Shown: positions 1 through 10,061 of the stretch, in pieces
How the letters are laid out: each line of letters begins with the position of its first letter
Numbering within the stretch: position 1 is the stretch's first letter
Virus record (IMG/VR): IMGVR_UViG_3300022926_000007
Coordinates: 1-64,000 of that record
DNA from: a virus
Length of the DNA: 64,000 bases
Strand: one strand, 5' to 3'
Made by a program: the position numbers and the translations under genes
Notes under the pieces: generated by a model
What the model saw: the letters and a program-made list of their open reading frames with translations, nothing else
Told to the model about the DNA's origin: nothing
Database searches by the model: none

Positions 1-136
1 CATCAACTTTTATTTCAGTTGTTGTAGTATTAGCGCATCCTATACCAATTATTGTGTCGTAACTGTCAGCCGTAAATACTGTTTCAGCTGAAGTTCCAAC
101 ATTTCTTGCTGTATATCTTCTAAAATTTTGTGCCAT
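1..136 (-). CDS. small virion/tail-fibre-associated protein (runs off the window edge)
   Basis: Read by eye: ATG at 136, MAQNFRRYTARNVGTSAETVFTADSYDTIIGIGCAN..., open to position 1; follows the fibre gene ending FAIAMAIAL. Confidence 0.7.
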   Translation of the reverse strand, partial: MAQNFRRYTARNVGTSAETVFTADSYDTIIGIGCANTTTTEIKVD

Positions 137-154
137 ATTTTCTTTCTCTTTTAT

Positions 155-628
155 TTATAATGCAATCGCCATTGCAATAGCAAATCCCGTTGACGCTTTG
201 TTGTCTAATTGTGTTTGTAAATTACTTGTTACTCCATTTAAATACTGAAATTCTGTATTTGAAACTGATCCATCTGCTATTTGAGTTGCATCTAGTGCTG
301 AAATACCCGATTGTACATAAGAGGTAATTTGACTTGCTTCTATATATTTTTCAACACCGCCATCTGAAATAGCAAACTTATCTGTATCAGCAATTGTGAT
401 ACTAGAACCATCAGTCATGCCATCAATATTTAAAATAGCCTCGACTTCACCCCACTCTAATGCTGTAGCACCAGAGTTTACTTTTAATATTTGTCCAGCA
501 GTACCAAGTGTATTAAGACCTGTACCACCATCAGCATAACCAATTGTATCTGATGTTGTAAATTCAGCAAGGCCTGTGGGATCACCACTGCCGTTAAATA
601 TTCCTTTTATAGGTACTTGATCTGCCAT
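155..628 (-). CDS. tail-fibre-related structural protein
   Basis: G/T/S-rich; GGTG...GQILKVNSGATALEW and EFQYLNGVTSNLQTQLD fibre motifs; C-terminal GFAIAMAIAL. Confidence 0.7.
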   Translation of the reverse strand: MADQVPIKGIFNGSGDPTGLAEFTTSDTIGYADGGTGLNTLGTAGQILKVNSGATALEWGEVEAILNIDGMTDGSSITIADTDKFAISDGGVEKYIEASQITSYVQSGISALDATQIADGSVSNTEFQYLNGVTSNLQTQLDNKASTGFAIAMAIAL

Positions 629-629
629 A

Positions 630-1082
630 TTATGCTAACACCAAAGTTGTTTTTGATGTTCCTCCTCTTGTTGTAAATGGTATATAAAGACTTGTAACAG
701 CTGTACCTAATGTGGATCCTGTTGTACTAGGATCTATATAGGTAGATGTTCCATTTCTTTTTACAAATGTTATACCACTTGATGTGCCAACGGTTAACGT
801 ATCAGTTGATGCATCAGTTGTAACAACATTTAATCCGCCACCAACAACTGTTAATGTATCTGTACTTGAGTCTGCTGAAATATCAGATTGACCAGATACA
901 GATATAGTTGTAAAAGAATTACCACTACTACCACCACCACTACCACCACCAATTTCCTTTATGGTGCCATTATCATTAATATAAAATTTTTGTGCCGAGG
1001 TATCAATTGCAACCTCACCATTTACGATATTACTCGTAGTTGGAGTGGCAGTACCTCGTTTTAATTTTATAACAGTCGCCAT
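630..1082 (-). CDS. short tail-fibre-like protein
   Basis: N-terminal IKLKRG...GEVAID motif typical of phage fibre anchor domains; Gly/Ser linker. Confidence 0.65.
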   Translation of the reverse strand: MATVIKLKRGTATPTTSNIVNGEVAIDTSAQKFYINDNGTIKEIGGGSGGGSSGNSFTTISVSGQSDISADSSTDTLTVVGGGLNVVTTDASTDTLTVGTSSGITFVKRNGTSTYIDPSTTGSTLGTAVTSLYIPFTTRGGTSKTTLVLA

Positions 1083-1105
1083 ATTTTTTTCTATTTATTT
1101 ACGAT

Positions 1106-3706
1106 TTAACTATACGTTCCGCCGTCAATACTTGTAACTGTAACAGTACCACTTGTAACTGTAAAGTTATCTGAACTAAATGAAGCAACACCTTTATTTG
1201 ATGTTGTTGCCAATTCAGCAGCAATCGTTAAAGTGTTTGCTAATATGCTTGTGTCAATACCTTCACCGTCTGTTATAGTTAGTGTTTCTCCTAATGCTAT
1301 TGCATCTGTAGAAGAGTCTCCACCAGCAATTGTAAATGTAGAATTAGCAAGTTTTGCATTTGTAACATCACCATCTGTAATTTTTGCAGTTGTTACTGAA
1401 TTTGATGCTAATTCATTATCTGTAATTCCACCTGACTTAACTTGTAAAGCATTTGAACTAATTTCAATTGTTGAGTCATCAACGTTAGCAGAAAATTCTG
1501 TACCAGTTAATGTTAATGCACCAGCAGAAGCAGCACTATAAACTGCTGTTTCAGCAATTTGTGAAAATGTAATATTTGTAGTACCAAAAGTAATAGTACC
1601 TTCAGTATTCATTACATATAATTCACCAGCACCTGTATCTCCTTCTTTAACGAAGAAAGCATCACCTTGACCAAGTGCGTCTGGATCAGAAACACCATAA
1701 CTATCAGTATCAGTTGCTCTTGTTAATTCCCAATTTGTTGCACCACTACCTACATCTGATACGTAGTAAATACCGTTATGAGCAGCGTTAGTTTGATTGT
1801 AAACTAAAACTCTATCATTTAAACTTAAAGTAACACCGTCAATACTAAGTGCAGCCTGTGTGCCAGCGTTTGTTAACGTTGCACCTACACCTGAAGTACC
1901 GTTATTATAAGTTGCGTTTAAGTTTGAAGGAGCTTCAACTCTTACTGGATCATGGTAATGAATACCAGCAGCAGCAATTGTATCAACGTATGCTTTTGTA
2001 GCAGCGTCTGTTCCATCTGTAGGAGTTCCTAGTGATGTAATTTTTGCACTATTAACATCTACAGTACCAGCACCATTTGGACTTAATGAAATATTACCAT
2101 CAGTATTAGTTGCGGTAATATCGTTACCGTTAATATTAATATTATCTACTTGTAATTCAGTAACAGCACTTGTAGCACCTATAGAACCACCATTAATTGT
2201 AGCACCATCAATAGTACCGCCATTAATATCTGGAGATGTTAAAACTTTATTTGATAAAGTTTGTGAATCAGTTAATGTAGCAACTGAAGAATCAATATTG
2301 ATTGTTAGTGTTTGTCCTGAACCCGCAGTATCAATTCCAGTTCCACCTGCAATAGTTAATGCCTGTGAATCTAAATCAACAGTAAGAGCACCGCCTGTAT
2401 CACCTTGAAAGTCTAAGACTTGTGCTGTAACCGAGTTATCAACATAATCTTTAACAGCAGCAGAAGTAGGAATAGTTGTATCGTTATCGTTTGAACCAAT
2501 TCCTTCAGACTCTATTACAATAGCTGAACCAGCAAAATCAGCAACTTCAATATTTGATATTGAGTTACCAGTACCGTTAGCGTCAAAAGTTTTGTTTGTT
2601 AATGTATCTGTACTTGAAGCTGTTATGTAAGAACCTAAATCAGAAATTTGTGATTCAGTAATACTTAATGCAGCCTCGTGTTGTGTTACACTTGATTCTG
2701 TAATGTTAGCATCGGGTACGTTTGCCCAAGTAACAGAAGCAGTTAAATCATTTGTTTCTGATGTTAGGTATGATTGTAAATCAGATATATCTGCCTCAAC
2801 AATTGTTATCGTGTTGTTTGCGGTATCAATTGTTTTGTTTGTTAAAATGTGAGTTGATGAAGCTGTTAATACGTCAGCGTGTGTACTAATTGTAATTGTA
2901 TCACCCGAAACTGAAGTATCAATGTTTGTACCACCAGTAAATGTTAATGTATCTGTTCCTAATGCAACACCATCGTCTGTACCACTATCAGCAGCAATAT
3001 CTAAAGTTGTTGATATTGTAGCCGTACCAGCCGCTGTTAAACGACCTTGTTGATCAACAGTAAATGTTGGAATTGCAGTTGAAGAACCATAACTACCTGG
3101 AGTTACAGCAGTATCATCTAAGTCTATTTTAATTTCGTTATCTGTATCAATAGATGTAGTAATTCCTGTATCACCAGTAAACGTTAAAGTTTGACCAGTA
3201 GTAAATGTGTCAGTACCACTATCACCAGCAATTGTAAATGAACCAGATGGTACAGCAGCAAAACTTAAATTACCTGAACCGTCAACTGTTAAGAATTGTC
3301 CATTACTAAAACTTCCTGGTAGTGTGTAAGTGATATCTGAAGTAACACTATTAGGTGCTTTTAAGGCAACGAAATGAGCACCGTTATTAGTTCCTTCATT
3401 AAATTTAATTGTACCACCAATAGTTGTAGAGTTACCAATATTTAATGTGCTAATTGCACTATTTGAATCTGTAGATAAAAGTTTTGATGCTTCTAACGTA
3501 CCAAAAGTTGTTGGATATTTTGATGTAAAATATTTACCACCAATTACTTCTATATTAGCGGCTACGCCGTTAGTTTCTGTACCTGTTCCTATATAAAGAC
3601 GATCACCACCCGTACCATTATAATATGAATAGGCCAGTTCACCTTGTGCTAGTTCTGAAGGTGAACCAACTACACCTGAACGTTTAATTTGTAATATTGT
3701 TGCCAT
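1106..3706 (-). CDS. long tail fibre protein
   Basis: 866 aa, T/S/G/D-rich; N-terminal LQIKRS...GELAY anchor; repeated IAGDSG-TL modules; DAATKAYVD; C-terminal IDGGTY. Confidence 0.8.
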   Translation of the reverse strand: MATILQIKRSGVVGSPSELAQGELAYSYYNGTGGDRLYIGTGTETNGVAANIEVIGGKYFTSKYPTTFGTLEASKLLSTDSNSAISTLNIGNSTTIGGTIKFNEGTNNGAHFVALKAPNSVTSDITYTLPGSFSNGQFLTVDGSGNLSFAAVPSGSFTIAGDSGTDTFTTGQTLTFTGDTGITTSIDTDNEIKIDLDDTAVTPGSYGSSTAIPTFTVDQQGRLTAAGTATISTTLDIAADSGTDDGVALGTDTLTFTGGTNIDTSVSGDTITISTHADVLTASSTHILTNKTIDTANNTITIVEADISDLQSYLTSETNDLTASVTWANVPDANITESSVTQHEAALSITESQISDLGSYITASSTDTLTNKTFDANGTGNSISNIEVADFAGSAIVIESEGIGSNDNDTTIPTSAAVKDYVDNSVTAQVLDFQGDTGGALTVDLDSQALTIAGGTGIDTAGSGQTLTINIDSSVATLTDSQTLSNKVLTSPDINGGTIDGATINGGSIGATSAVTELQVDNININGNDITATNTDGNISLSPNGAGTVDVNSAKITSLGTPTDGTDAATKAYVDTIAAAGIHYHDPVRVEAPSNLNATYNNGTSGVGATLTNAGTQAALSIDGVTLSLNDRVLVYNQTNAAHNGIYYVSDVGSGATNWELTRATDTDSYGVSDPDALGQGDAFFVKEGDTGAGELYVMNTEGTITFGTTNITFSQIAETAVYSAASAGALTLTGTEFSANVDDSTIEISSNALQVKSGGITDNELASNSVTTAKITDGDVTNAKLANSTFTIAGGDSSTDAIALGETLTITDGEGIDTSILANTLTIAAELATTSNKGVASFSSDNFTVTSGTVTVTSIDGGTYS
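1570..1990. repeat. fibre module, copy 1 (copy 2 at ~34515-34935)
   Basis: High nucleotide similarity, including a 53-bp exact match 1868-1920 = 34813-34865. Confidence 0.85.
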
Positions 3707-3718
3707 TTTTTTTCTCTC

Positions 3719-3943
3719 CTAAAAGTTACCACCGTTTAATTTTAGTGTACCTCTCTCTGTTTTAATATTTGTTCTAGTTATAAATTTATCACTCGTAGCA
3801 TCATATTGAAGAATAGAACCATCTTCTAATGTTGTTGCATTAACATCAGTTAAACTTGTTAATTTTGATTTTTGGCTTGCACTAGGAACAGTAACGGATA
3901 CTTTTTGAGTACCTGGTGAATTGATTCTAGCTGTAACTGCCAT
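3719..3943 (-). CDS. small structural protein
   Basis: LTDV...DGSILQYD fibre repeat motif; ends LNGGNF. Confidence 0.6.
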   Translation of the reverse strand: MAVTARINSPGTQKVSVTVPSASQKSKLTSLTDVNATTLEDGSILQYDATSDKFITRTNIKTERGTLKLNGGNF

Positions 3944-3997
3944 TTGTAGTTCTCTCTTTTATAATATTATTGTGTACTACTCACAATATTTATGTAA

Positions 3998-4005
3998 TAT
4001 TTATA
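3998..4005 (-). promoter_or_regulatory. T4-type late promoter
   Basis: Exact TATAAATA on the minus strand upstream of the fibre genes. Confidence 0.7.
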
Positions 4006-4024
4006 ATAAAATATTACTTAATAA

Positions 4025-4369
4025 TTAAATAGTTACATTTGGACTGACAGTTATAATTCCTTGTATTACTCGAATTACAGAATTATCAGATGCTTTCAAT
4101 AACTCAACATCATAAACGTATCTAGCAGGTGCTTCTAAATTACTTGTTTCAGTTGGAGATAAAGATAATGTGATTATACCTGTGGTAGGATCACCATTAA
4201 TTGAGGTATTTATTGTTGTTCTTGTTCTGGTCGAGGCATAACCTAATGCCATTTTAGCAGAAGCACTATATCCTGTTAAGTCAAATGCACTTCCATCTGT
4301 ATCTTTTACAGTTACATCTGAAGTAAATGTAGCTCCTTGTTCAATGTATAGGTTAGCCGTCGCAGCCAT
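4025..4369 (-). CDS. virion structural protein (BppU N-terminal-like Ig fold)
   Basis: ANLYIEQGATF...FDLTGY...GIITLSL...YVYDVEL...RVIQG pattern common in T4-like marine phages. Confidence 0.65.
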   Translation of the reverse strand: MAATANLYIEQGATFTSDVTVKDTDGSAFDLTGYSASAKMALGYASTRTRTTINTSINGDPTTGIITLSLSPTETSNLEAPARYVYDVELLKASDNSVIRVIQGIITVSPNVTI

Positions 4370-4377
4370 TTAGTTTT

Positions 4378-4596
4378 TTATTCCTCTTTTTCTTCAACAA
4401 TCTCTTTAGGTTCTTGTTCTTTAACTAATTTCTCTATCTTTTTATTATAAAAGTCTGTCAAAACATCAATTTTTTCTAATTCTACTTGATGTCTTGCTTT
4501 AGAGTTTAGAATTTCCTGTCTTGCAATTAGTGTGTTTTTCAAATCAAGACTCAAACTTTGTTCATCATATTGTTTTCCATTTATGGTTATTGACAT
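4378..4596 (-). CDS. hypothetical coiled-coil protein
   Basis: ORF with a GAGGAG RBS; ITINGKQYD start followed by a helical region. Confidence 0.6.
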   Translation of the reverse strand: MSITINGKQYDEQSLSLDLKNTLIARQEILNSKARHQVELEKIDVLTDFYNKKIEKLVKEQEPKEIVEEKEE

Positions 4597-4639
4597 AATA
4601 TTCTCCTCGTTTATGGTTATAAATTTATATCTATAGTAC

Positions 4640-4647
4640 TATTTATA
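4640..4647 (-). promoter_or_regulatory. T4-type late promoter
   Basis: TATAAATA on the minus strand. Confidence 0.65.
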
Positions 4648-4652
4648 ATACA

Positions 4653-5525
4653 TTATTTAAGTTTGTCAAAAATTACAGGTTGATAATTTTCTATTGATTT
4701 TGAGTAATCAAATGCCGTTCTCCATAGTTGTCTATCTTTATTTTTAACAGCTGATCTTCTATGACTTGTAATTAGTTGATCCATAAACAATAAATCACCC
4801 TTTCTAAACACATGGTGTATCATGTATTTTGATCTTGTTACATCATTCCATAATTTATTATAAAATGTATCAAAATCTTCTATTTCTTTACCATCTCTAT
4901 ACCATGCTTTATATAGATAGATAAACATAGGATACAAATATTCTTTGCCGTTTACAGGATGTTTTGCAACTAAAGGTCGTCTATCTATTTCTTCTTTATA
5001 ATGTTTTTGTCCTGTTCTAAAGTTTTGTTCACCAACATTTTTGTATGCTTTAGAATAGACACCATCATCTCTCCATATTCGTGCTCGATCACCTTCATTA
5101 TTAAGATTTATATCTATACTTCTATAATAATTTTTATCTTCTTCAGATAAATTTTCAAAAGCATATTGTTGATTTACAATTGAAAGAACAGTATCTATAC
5201 ATTCTTCAACACAATATAATCCTACACAAATTTCTTTAAAGTTATATCTTCCAGTACCATTTGCATGCCATTCTAGTTCTGTTGGACCAAACATACCAAT
5301 TGGTTTGCCATTAATAACAGCACCTGACACAATACTTATTTGTGGTGAGTCTTTTGGATTCATAAAGTAGTCCAATTCTTCTACCTCACCTATTCTTGCA
5401 CAAACTTGAGCAAGTTGCTGTCTTGTTAAATCTTGTTCATGTAAAACAACAGAGCCTTCATTAACAATTTTATAAACTAATTCTGTTAACTCTTTATCTG
5501 TATAATTTATTATTTGTTTACTCAT
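4653..5525 (-). CDS. TauD/TfdA-family dioxygenase-like protein (atypical H-x-N motif)
   Basis: WHANG, RPLVAKHPVNGKEYLY, GDLLFMDQ...HRR, RQLWR; start set at the ATGA overlap (MSKQ). Confidence 0.75.
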   Translation of the reverse strand: MSKQIINYTDKELTELVYKIVNEGSVVLHEQDLTRQQLAQVCARIGEVEELDYFMNPKDSPQISIVSGAVINGKPIGMFGPTELEWHANGTGRYNFKEICVGLYCVEECIDTVLSIVNQQYAFENLSEEDKNYYRSIDINLNNEGDRARIWRDDGVYSKAYKNVGEQNFRTGQKHYKEEIDRRPLVAKHPVNGKEYLYPMFIYLYKAWYRDGKEIEDFDTFYNKLWNDVTRSKYMIHHVFRKGDLLFMDQLITSHRRSAVKNKDRQLWRTAFDYSKSIENYQPVIFDKLK

Positions 5526-6406
5526 AAATTTTCTAACAATGGTGTTATACAAATTCTTGCTGTATCATTCCATTTCATTCTACGTCTTTCAGCATAATAC
5601 TCATCTCTAGTGGTTGCTAAATAAAAACAATCAGACGGTTTAAAGCTATATTCATTACAAATTTGTACTTGTTTTTCTCTATACTTATTCCACATTTCAT
5701 CAACTTTAAAATTACTTATTATTAATTCTATAGTTTTAACGCCATTATAATTCCAATTCTCAAATCTTTTTAATCTATCAAGTGTAGAATGTGGTTCTTT
5801 TGTATATACTAATCCAAGTCGTTGACCTATAAGACCAAATCCTTTAGAAAAACTAAAAAAAACTTGTTCAGTATTTTTTGGTAGATTTATTCTTTGAATA
5901 TTTGTTGAACCTACATAAGTACAATCTAAAATTACAGGTGCTTCAATTTTACCTGGATCAAAATAATTTCCATCAGCAGCTGAGGGTATTGATATATACA
6001 GAGGTTTATTATTATCTATTTTGCCTTTCAATGCTGCTCTTCCAGTTTCCTCATTCATATATTGACCCGGCACATCACAAGTTACAATACTAGGTCTACT
6101 TATAATGTCAGCATATTCATATTCACCGTAACAAAGTTTTTGCCACTCTCTTTTTTCTGTCATTACCCAATGATGAATAGCATCTGTTGTACCATTTGTA
6201 AAATAACAATAATTGAAATCTGATAAATCTATTATTTCACTTACCCATTTTCTATGTAATTCTTCTACCTTATTTAAATCATTTGTTGCATGACCACTAC
6301 CTCTTTTATAATAAGTATCTGAAATTAGTTGTTGACTTATTATATCTTTTACTTCTTTAAATGTTGGTACGTCTACCCAACGATTATCTTTTAATTTTTC
6401 CTTCAT
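5522..6406 (-). CDS. PLP-dependent fold-type I enzyme (aminotransferase/decarboxylase-like)
   Basis: TNGTTDAI, ILDCTY, and an SFSKGFGLIGQRLG Schiff-base lysine motif. Confidence 0.75.
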   Translation of the reverse strand: MKEKLKDNRWVDVPTFKEVKDIISQQLISDTYYKRGSGHATNDLNKVEELHRKWVSEIIDLSDFNYCYFTNGTTDAIHHWVMTEKREWQKLCYGEYEYADIISRPSIVTCDVPGQYMNEETGRAALKGKIDNNKPLYISIPSAADGNYFDPGKIEAPVILDCTYVGSTNIQRINLPKNTEQVFFSFSKGFGLIGQRLGLVYTKEPHSTLDRLKRFENWNYNGVKTIELIISNFKVDEMWNKYREKQVQICNEYSFKPSDCFYLATTRDEYYAERRRMKWNDTARICITPLLENL

Positions 6407-7023
6407 ATATTCAGTAAGTCGTCTGTACCGTCTAAAGTAAACATTAAAGCTATTCTAGGTTTTTTACTCATATTTACAACAGCATGTTTATAACCTATAT
6501 TTAAAAAATATGCTTGTCCATCTTCAAGGTTATACGCTTCAATCTTATCATTTCTTTTAAATAAATTAATTACATTATTGTCACCATATATAGGCACTAT
6601 ACATCTAACACCATAACTTACATCATAATCAACATGCCAAGGTATCATTTTACCAGGCGCTAATTTTGTTATTCTTATTCTACTTGCAGGTGCTTTACAT
6701 TGAGATACAATATTTTCAAAATAACTACCTTTATAAATTTCAGTTGGCATATTATATAAATGTTCTTCTTTTCTTTTTAATCTTTCTTTTATACTTGTTG
6801 TATGAGATAAAATTTCACTAGGTGTTGTTAAATTTATTTGTTCAAAATTATCATATACACTTTTTACCAAATCTTCATGGTTCATACATAACATTGGATT
6901 GGCAGACCTAACGTCAACAAACGTATCTGCTATTAAATCAGTTGACTTTCTTAACTGTGCTAAATTAATATTTAAATTTAAATTAGCTATTGTTGGTAGA
7001 TTGTGTTTCGATAATTTCTCCAT
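6403..7023 (-). CDS. aspartyl/asparaginyl beta-hydroxylase-family 2OG-Fe(II) oxygenase
   Basis: RIRITKLAPG...WHVD...HAVVN...RIALM. Confidence 0.75.
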   Translation of the reverse strand: MEKLSKHNLPTIANLNLNINLAQLRKSTDLIADTFVDVRSANPMLCMNHEDLVKSVYDNFEQINLTTPSEILSHTTSIKERLKRKEEHLYNMPTEIYKGSYFENIVSQCKAPASRIRITKLAPGKMIPWHVDYDVSYGVRCIVPIYGDNNVINLFKRNDKIEAYNLEDGQAYFLNIGYKHAVVNMSKKPRIALMFTLDGTDDLLNI

Positions 7024-7588
7024 TGTGTTCTCTTTCTATTATAAAATTAGATTTAGGTTGCCAGTTGTAGTCACCTTGTAATCTAATACTATAAACATAC
7101 TGTAACATTGTACCTGTTTTAAACAAAAACTTTGTTTCTAATTTTAAATTTTTGTACCACTCTCCATTTATAAATTTTTTAAATGCAGTATCAGTCATCT
7201 TTCTTTTTCTTTGATATAGATTATTTATTGCTCTATTTTTAATGTCATGTGTAATGTAAAGTATCTTAAATCCTTTTTCTCTTGCCCACTTTATCTGGTG
7301 TTCAGCCATAATTAATCCACAATGAGTATGTCTATATTCTTTTAAGATATGATAACGACAAACTCGCACTGCTACAGTTGGATCGTTTGTATAGTGTGAA
7401 CTTTCAGCAGCTGATATTGATATTAACTTATCATCTTTAAAACACATCCACGTTTCTATATTAGGATTATCAGGATTATATTTTTTATAAGTTATACTAT
7501 TATTGCCTTCATTAAAAGTTTGTAATCTAAATCTCTCAATTAAAGGCCAATACTTATTAGGATTTTCTGAATATCTTTTTACTATCAT
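6983..7588 (-). CDS. GNAT-like acyltransferase (tentative)
   Basis: RYHILKEYRH...QIKWAREKGFKILYIT resembles GNAT motifs A/B; start set at the ATGA overlap. Confidence 0.5.
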   Translation of the reverse strand: MIVKRYSENPNKYWPLIERFRLQTFNEGNNSITYKKYNPDNPNIETWMCFKDDKLISISAAESSHYTNDPTVAVRVCRYHILKEYRHTHCGLIMAEHQIKWAREKGFKILYITHDIKNRAINNLYQRKRKMTDTAFKKFINGEWYKNLKLETKFLFKTGTMLQYVYSIRLQGDYNWQPKSNFIIEREHNGEIIETQSTNNS

Positions 7589-8199
7589 ACATGAGCAATA
7601 AGTCTTCGACCACAAAATATTTCTGCCTCAACAATATATTGTTCTTTAAATTTATATTGTTGCATATTGTTTGTAATTGTTTTTAACTTTAATTTTTCTT
7701 CATAGTATTTTTGTGTGTGATACGGTTCTTGTATTACAGCATTTTTACATTGATAGTAATTCATTATATCAGTAAACATTTTATAATGATTTTCTTCATA
7801 TAACAAAACACCACTAAAAATAATACAATCTACTTTGTAATCTACTGATTTTAGATTTGCCCAATCTCTTACTTCGTACTCAATGTTGTTTTCATTAATC
7901 CATCTTTTTTGAGCAAACTCTATAGGCTCTGGCGATGTATCAAAACCGTAGTAACGATAATCTTTATAATTTTTTTCACGTAAAAAATCATTGATAGGTC
8001 CATGTCTGCAACCAATATCAACAATACCTTTATAATTATTTTTTATAATTATTTCTGCTTGTTTTTCAAATATAGGTTTTGCTTCTAAAGTATCTAAGTA
8101 TGACATATCTCTTAAACTATACTGTCTTTTCATAGGTATTTCACCAGTTTTAGTTGTGATATTAGGCCAAGGTATAGATTTGTTTAAAGTCACTTGCAA
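7585..8199 (-). CDS. class I SAM-dependent methyltransferase
   Basis: IVDIGCRHG, YYGFDTS, DCIIFSGVLLY. Confidence 0.75.
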   Translation of the reverse strand: MQVTLNKSIPWPNITTKTGEIPMKRQYSLRDMSYLDTLEAKPIFEKQAEIIIKNNYKGIVDIGCRHGPINDFLREKNYKDYRYYGFDTSPEPIEFAQKRWINENNIEYEVRDWANLKSVDYKVDCIIFSGVLLYEENHYKMFTDIMNYYQCKNAVIQEPYHTQKYYEEKLKLKTITNNMQQYKFKEQYIVEAEIFCGRRLIAHV

Positions 8200-8977
8200 T
8201 CCTCCATAATAGTCTATTGTTATCCATCACAGGTGTTCTACGGTGTAAACTTGTAAATTGATCCATTAATAACAAGTCACCCTCTTTAAAAATGTGATGA
8301 TATTGATATTGTGATTTAAATATTTTAGGTTTTAATTTATTAATCATTTCTTCAGCGTCTATTTGTTTTTTACCTTCCCACGCTTTTGTTATAAAATGAT
8401 ACGGAAAATAAAAATATTCTAAGCCTGTATGGGGATGTTTATCAACTAGTTTACGAATACTTCCTTTGTTTTTACTCATAAATTCTAATTCGGGATCGTC
8501 ATCCTCTAAATTGTATATTGTATTGTTTTTAAATTTTAATCTTATTGTAATTGATCTCCAATAATTCTTTTCATCATCTGACATATCATAAAATGGTTGT
8601 TGAGTGTTACAGACACTTAAAGTTGTATTAATATCTTCTTTTACACAATACAAGGCAATTAAAATTTTGTCTATCAAATGCCTAGAATTTCCATTTGAAT
8701 GCCAACCTAATTCTGTATCTCCAAACATACCTATTTTTTTACCATCAACTTTTTTACCTGTAACTAAAAAGATTTCTGGATAATCTTTTGGATTCATAAA
8801 CAAGTTAGGAGCCTCACACTCACCAAATCTTTTCATTGTATCAATATATTCTTTTTCATTTAATTGTTGATTATAGAATACAGCTACACCTTGTTGATGT
8901 ACATTTTTTGCAACATCAAGTAATTCTTCATTAATCATATCTTTTATTTGTTTATCTATTTTTTTAGGGTATATCAT
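8162..8977 (-). CDS. TauD/TfdA-family dioxygenase-like protein (atypical H-x-N motif), paralog of 4653..5525
   Basis: WHSNG, LVDKHPHTG, GDLLLMDQ...HRR, RLLWR. Confidence 0.75.
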   Translation of the reverse strand: MIYPKKIDKQIKDMINEELLDVAKNVHQQGVAVFYNQQLNEKEYIDTMKRFGECEAPNLFMNPKDYPEIFLVTGKKVDGKKIGMFGDTELGWHSNGNSRHLIDKILIALYCVKEDINTTLSVCNTQQPFYDMSDDEKNYWRSITIRLKFKNNTIYNLEDDDPELEFMSKNKGSIRKLVDKHPHTGLEYFYFPYHFITKAWEGKKQIDAEEMINKLKPKIFKSQYQYHHIFKEGDLLLMDQFTSLHRRTPVMDNNRLLWRIASDFKQIYTLA

Positions 8978-9633
8978 AATATATTTTCTACCATTTCTTT
9001 AAAATCTTTATAGTCTAATATCTTAGGTATGTTATTCCATCTTGTTACCCAAGCACATCTAGGTGCTTCTGTAATAACTACTCTATGCATAATATCAGTT
9101 CTAATTAACACTGGTCTATTTTCTAAAACTATTTCACCTATTTTTCTATCACTTAAAAACTTTTCAAACTCGGGTGTGTATTGACCCATTTCTTTTTGTG
9201 CTTTAAACTCATGGTAGTATGCATGACCATGTGCGTTTTTTTCAGGCAAATAAACTTCTTCATCTTTTGTTTCAAAATAATCAATACGAGATTTACCAAA
9301 CACAGGTATAACAATGTTATAACCATTAGGGTGTTCAGTATCTAAATCTATATCTGTATGAGCAAATACATCTTTTTCTGTACTATCAGCTGTATTGAAA
9401 CCTGTTGAACGAAATTGATAATGTGGATGTACTTTTCTATGTTTAGATAATATAGGATTAAATACTTGTTCATATCCCGTAGGTTTACCTGTTTTATTAT
9501 CTTCAAGTGAATAACTTACAAATGGTGTTTTACCAAATGTATTGTTAACATTACTTTTAACTTTATTGTACAAAGACAAAAGTAATTCTGTATCAGTTGC
9601 TACGTTTATGTATTCAGCTACACCTTGTATCAT
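8974..9633 (-). CDS. 2OG-Fe(II)/cupin-fold oxygenase-like protein
   Basis: HTD...NIVIP...PVLIRTDIMHRV...R pattern. Confidence 0.55.
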   Translation of the reverse strand: MIQGVAEYINVATDTELLLSLYNKVKSNVNNTFGKTPFVSYSLEDNKTGKPTGYEQVFNPILSKHRKVHPHYQFRSTGFNTADSTEKDVFAHTDIDLDTEHPNGYNIVIPVFGKSRIDYFETKDEEVYLPEKNAHGHAYYHEFKAQKEMGQYTPEFEKFLSDRKIGEIVLENRPVLIRTDIMHRVVITEAPRCAWVTRWNNIPKILDYKDFKEMVENIL

Positions 9634-10061
9634 AGTTTATATAAAACACCATCTATAAATGGGTCCTCAAATTCTTTTGTTATACTTCCATTTTCAACTA
9701 ACAAAGCATATCGTTCACTTCTTACACCAAAACTGTCTCCCCAATCAACATCTTTTTTAAGATGTTTTGTAAACACTGCCAATGGATCAGATACACTATC
9801 TATTTCAGAATGACCATGTTGTTTATTCCAAACATCCATGACATATGCGTCATTAACACTTACAAATATTACTTTATCTACACCAAATAATTTTAACTTA
9901 TCTAATTTTTCTGCAAACCCTGGAAGATGTTTATTTGTACAAGTGTTTGTAAATGCACCAGGAATACCACATAATATAATTTTTAATTTATCGTCTACTT
10001 CATAGGGTACAATTTTTTTATCTTTTAAAATGTAAAGACCTTTACTACTTATTTTTTCCAT
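9630..10061 (-). CDS. peroxiredoxin (Prx5/redoxin family)
   Basis: PGAFTNTCTNKHLPGF, SVNDAYVM, RSERYALLVENG. Confidence 0.9.
   Translation of the reverse strand: MEKISSKGLYILKDKKIVPYEVDDKLKIILCGIPGAFTNTCTNKHLPGFAEKLDKLKLFGVDKVIFVSVNDAYVMDVWNKQHGHSEIDSVSDPLAVFTKHLKKDVDWGDSFGVRSERYALLVENGSITKEFEDPFIDGVLYKL

Noticed and set aside
1233-1541. Antisense and nested ORFs in the track (e.g. 1233, 5878, 25884, 31022, 38917, 44078, 47168, 59096, 62909)
   Set aside because: They are shadows of well-supported genes on the other strand or frame, with no RBS or motifs
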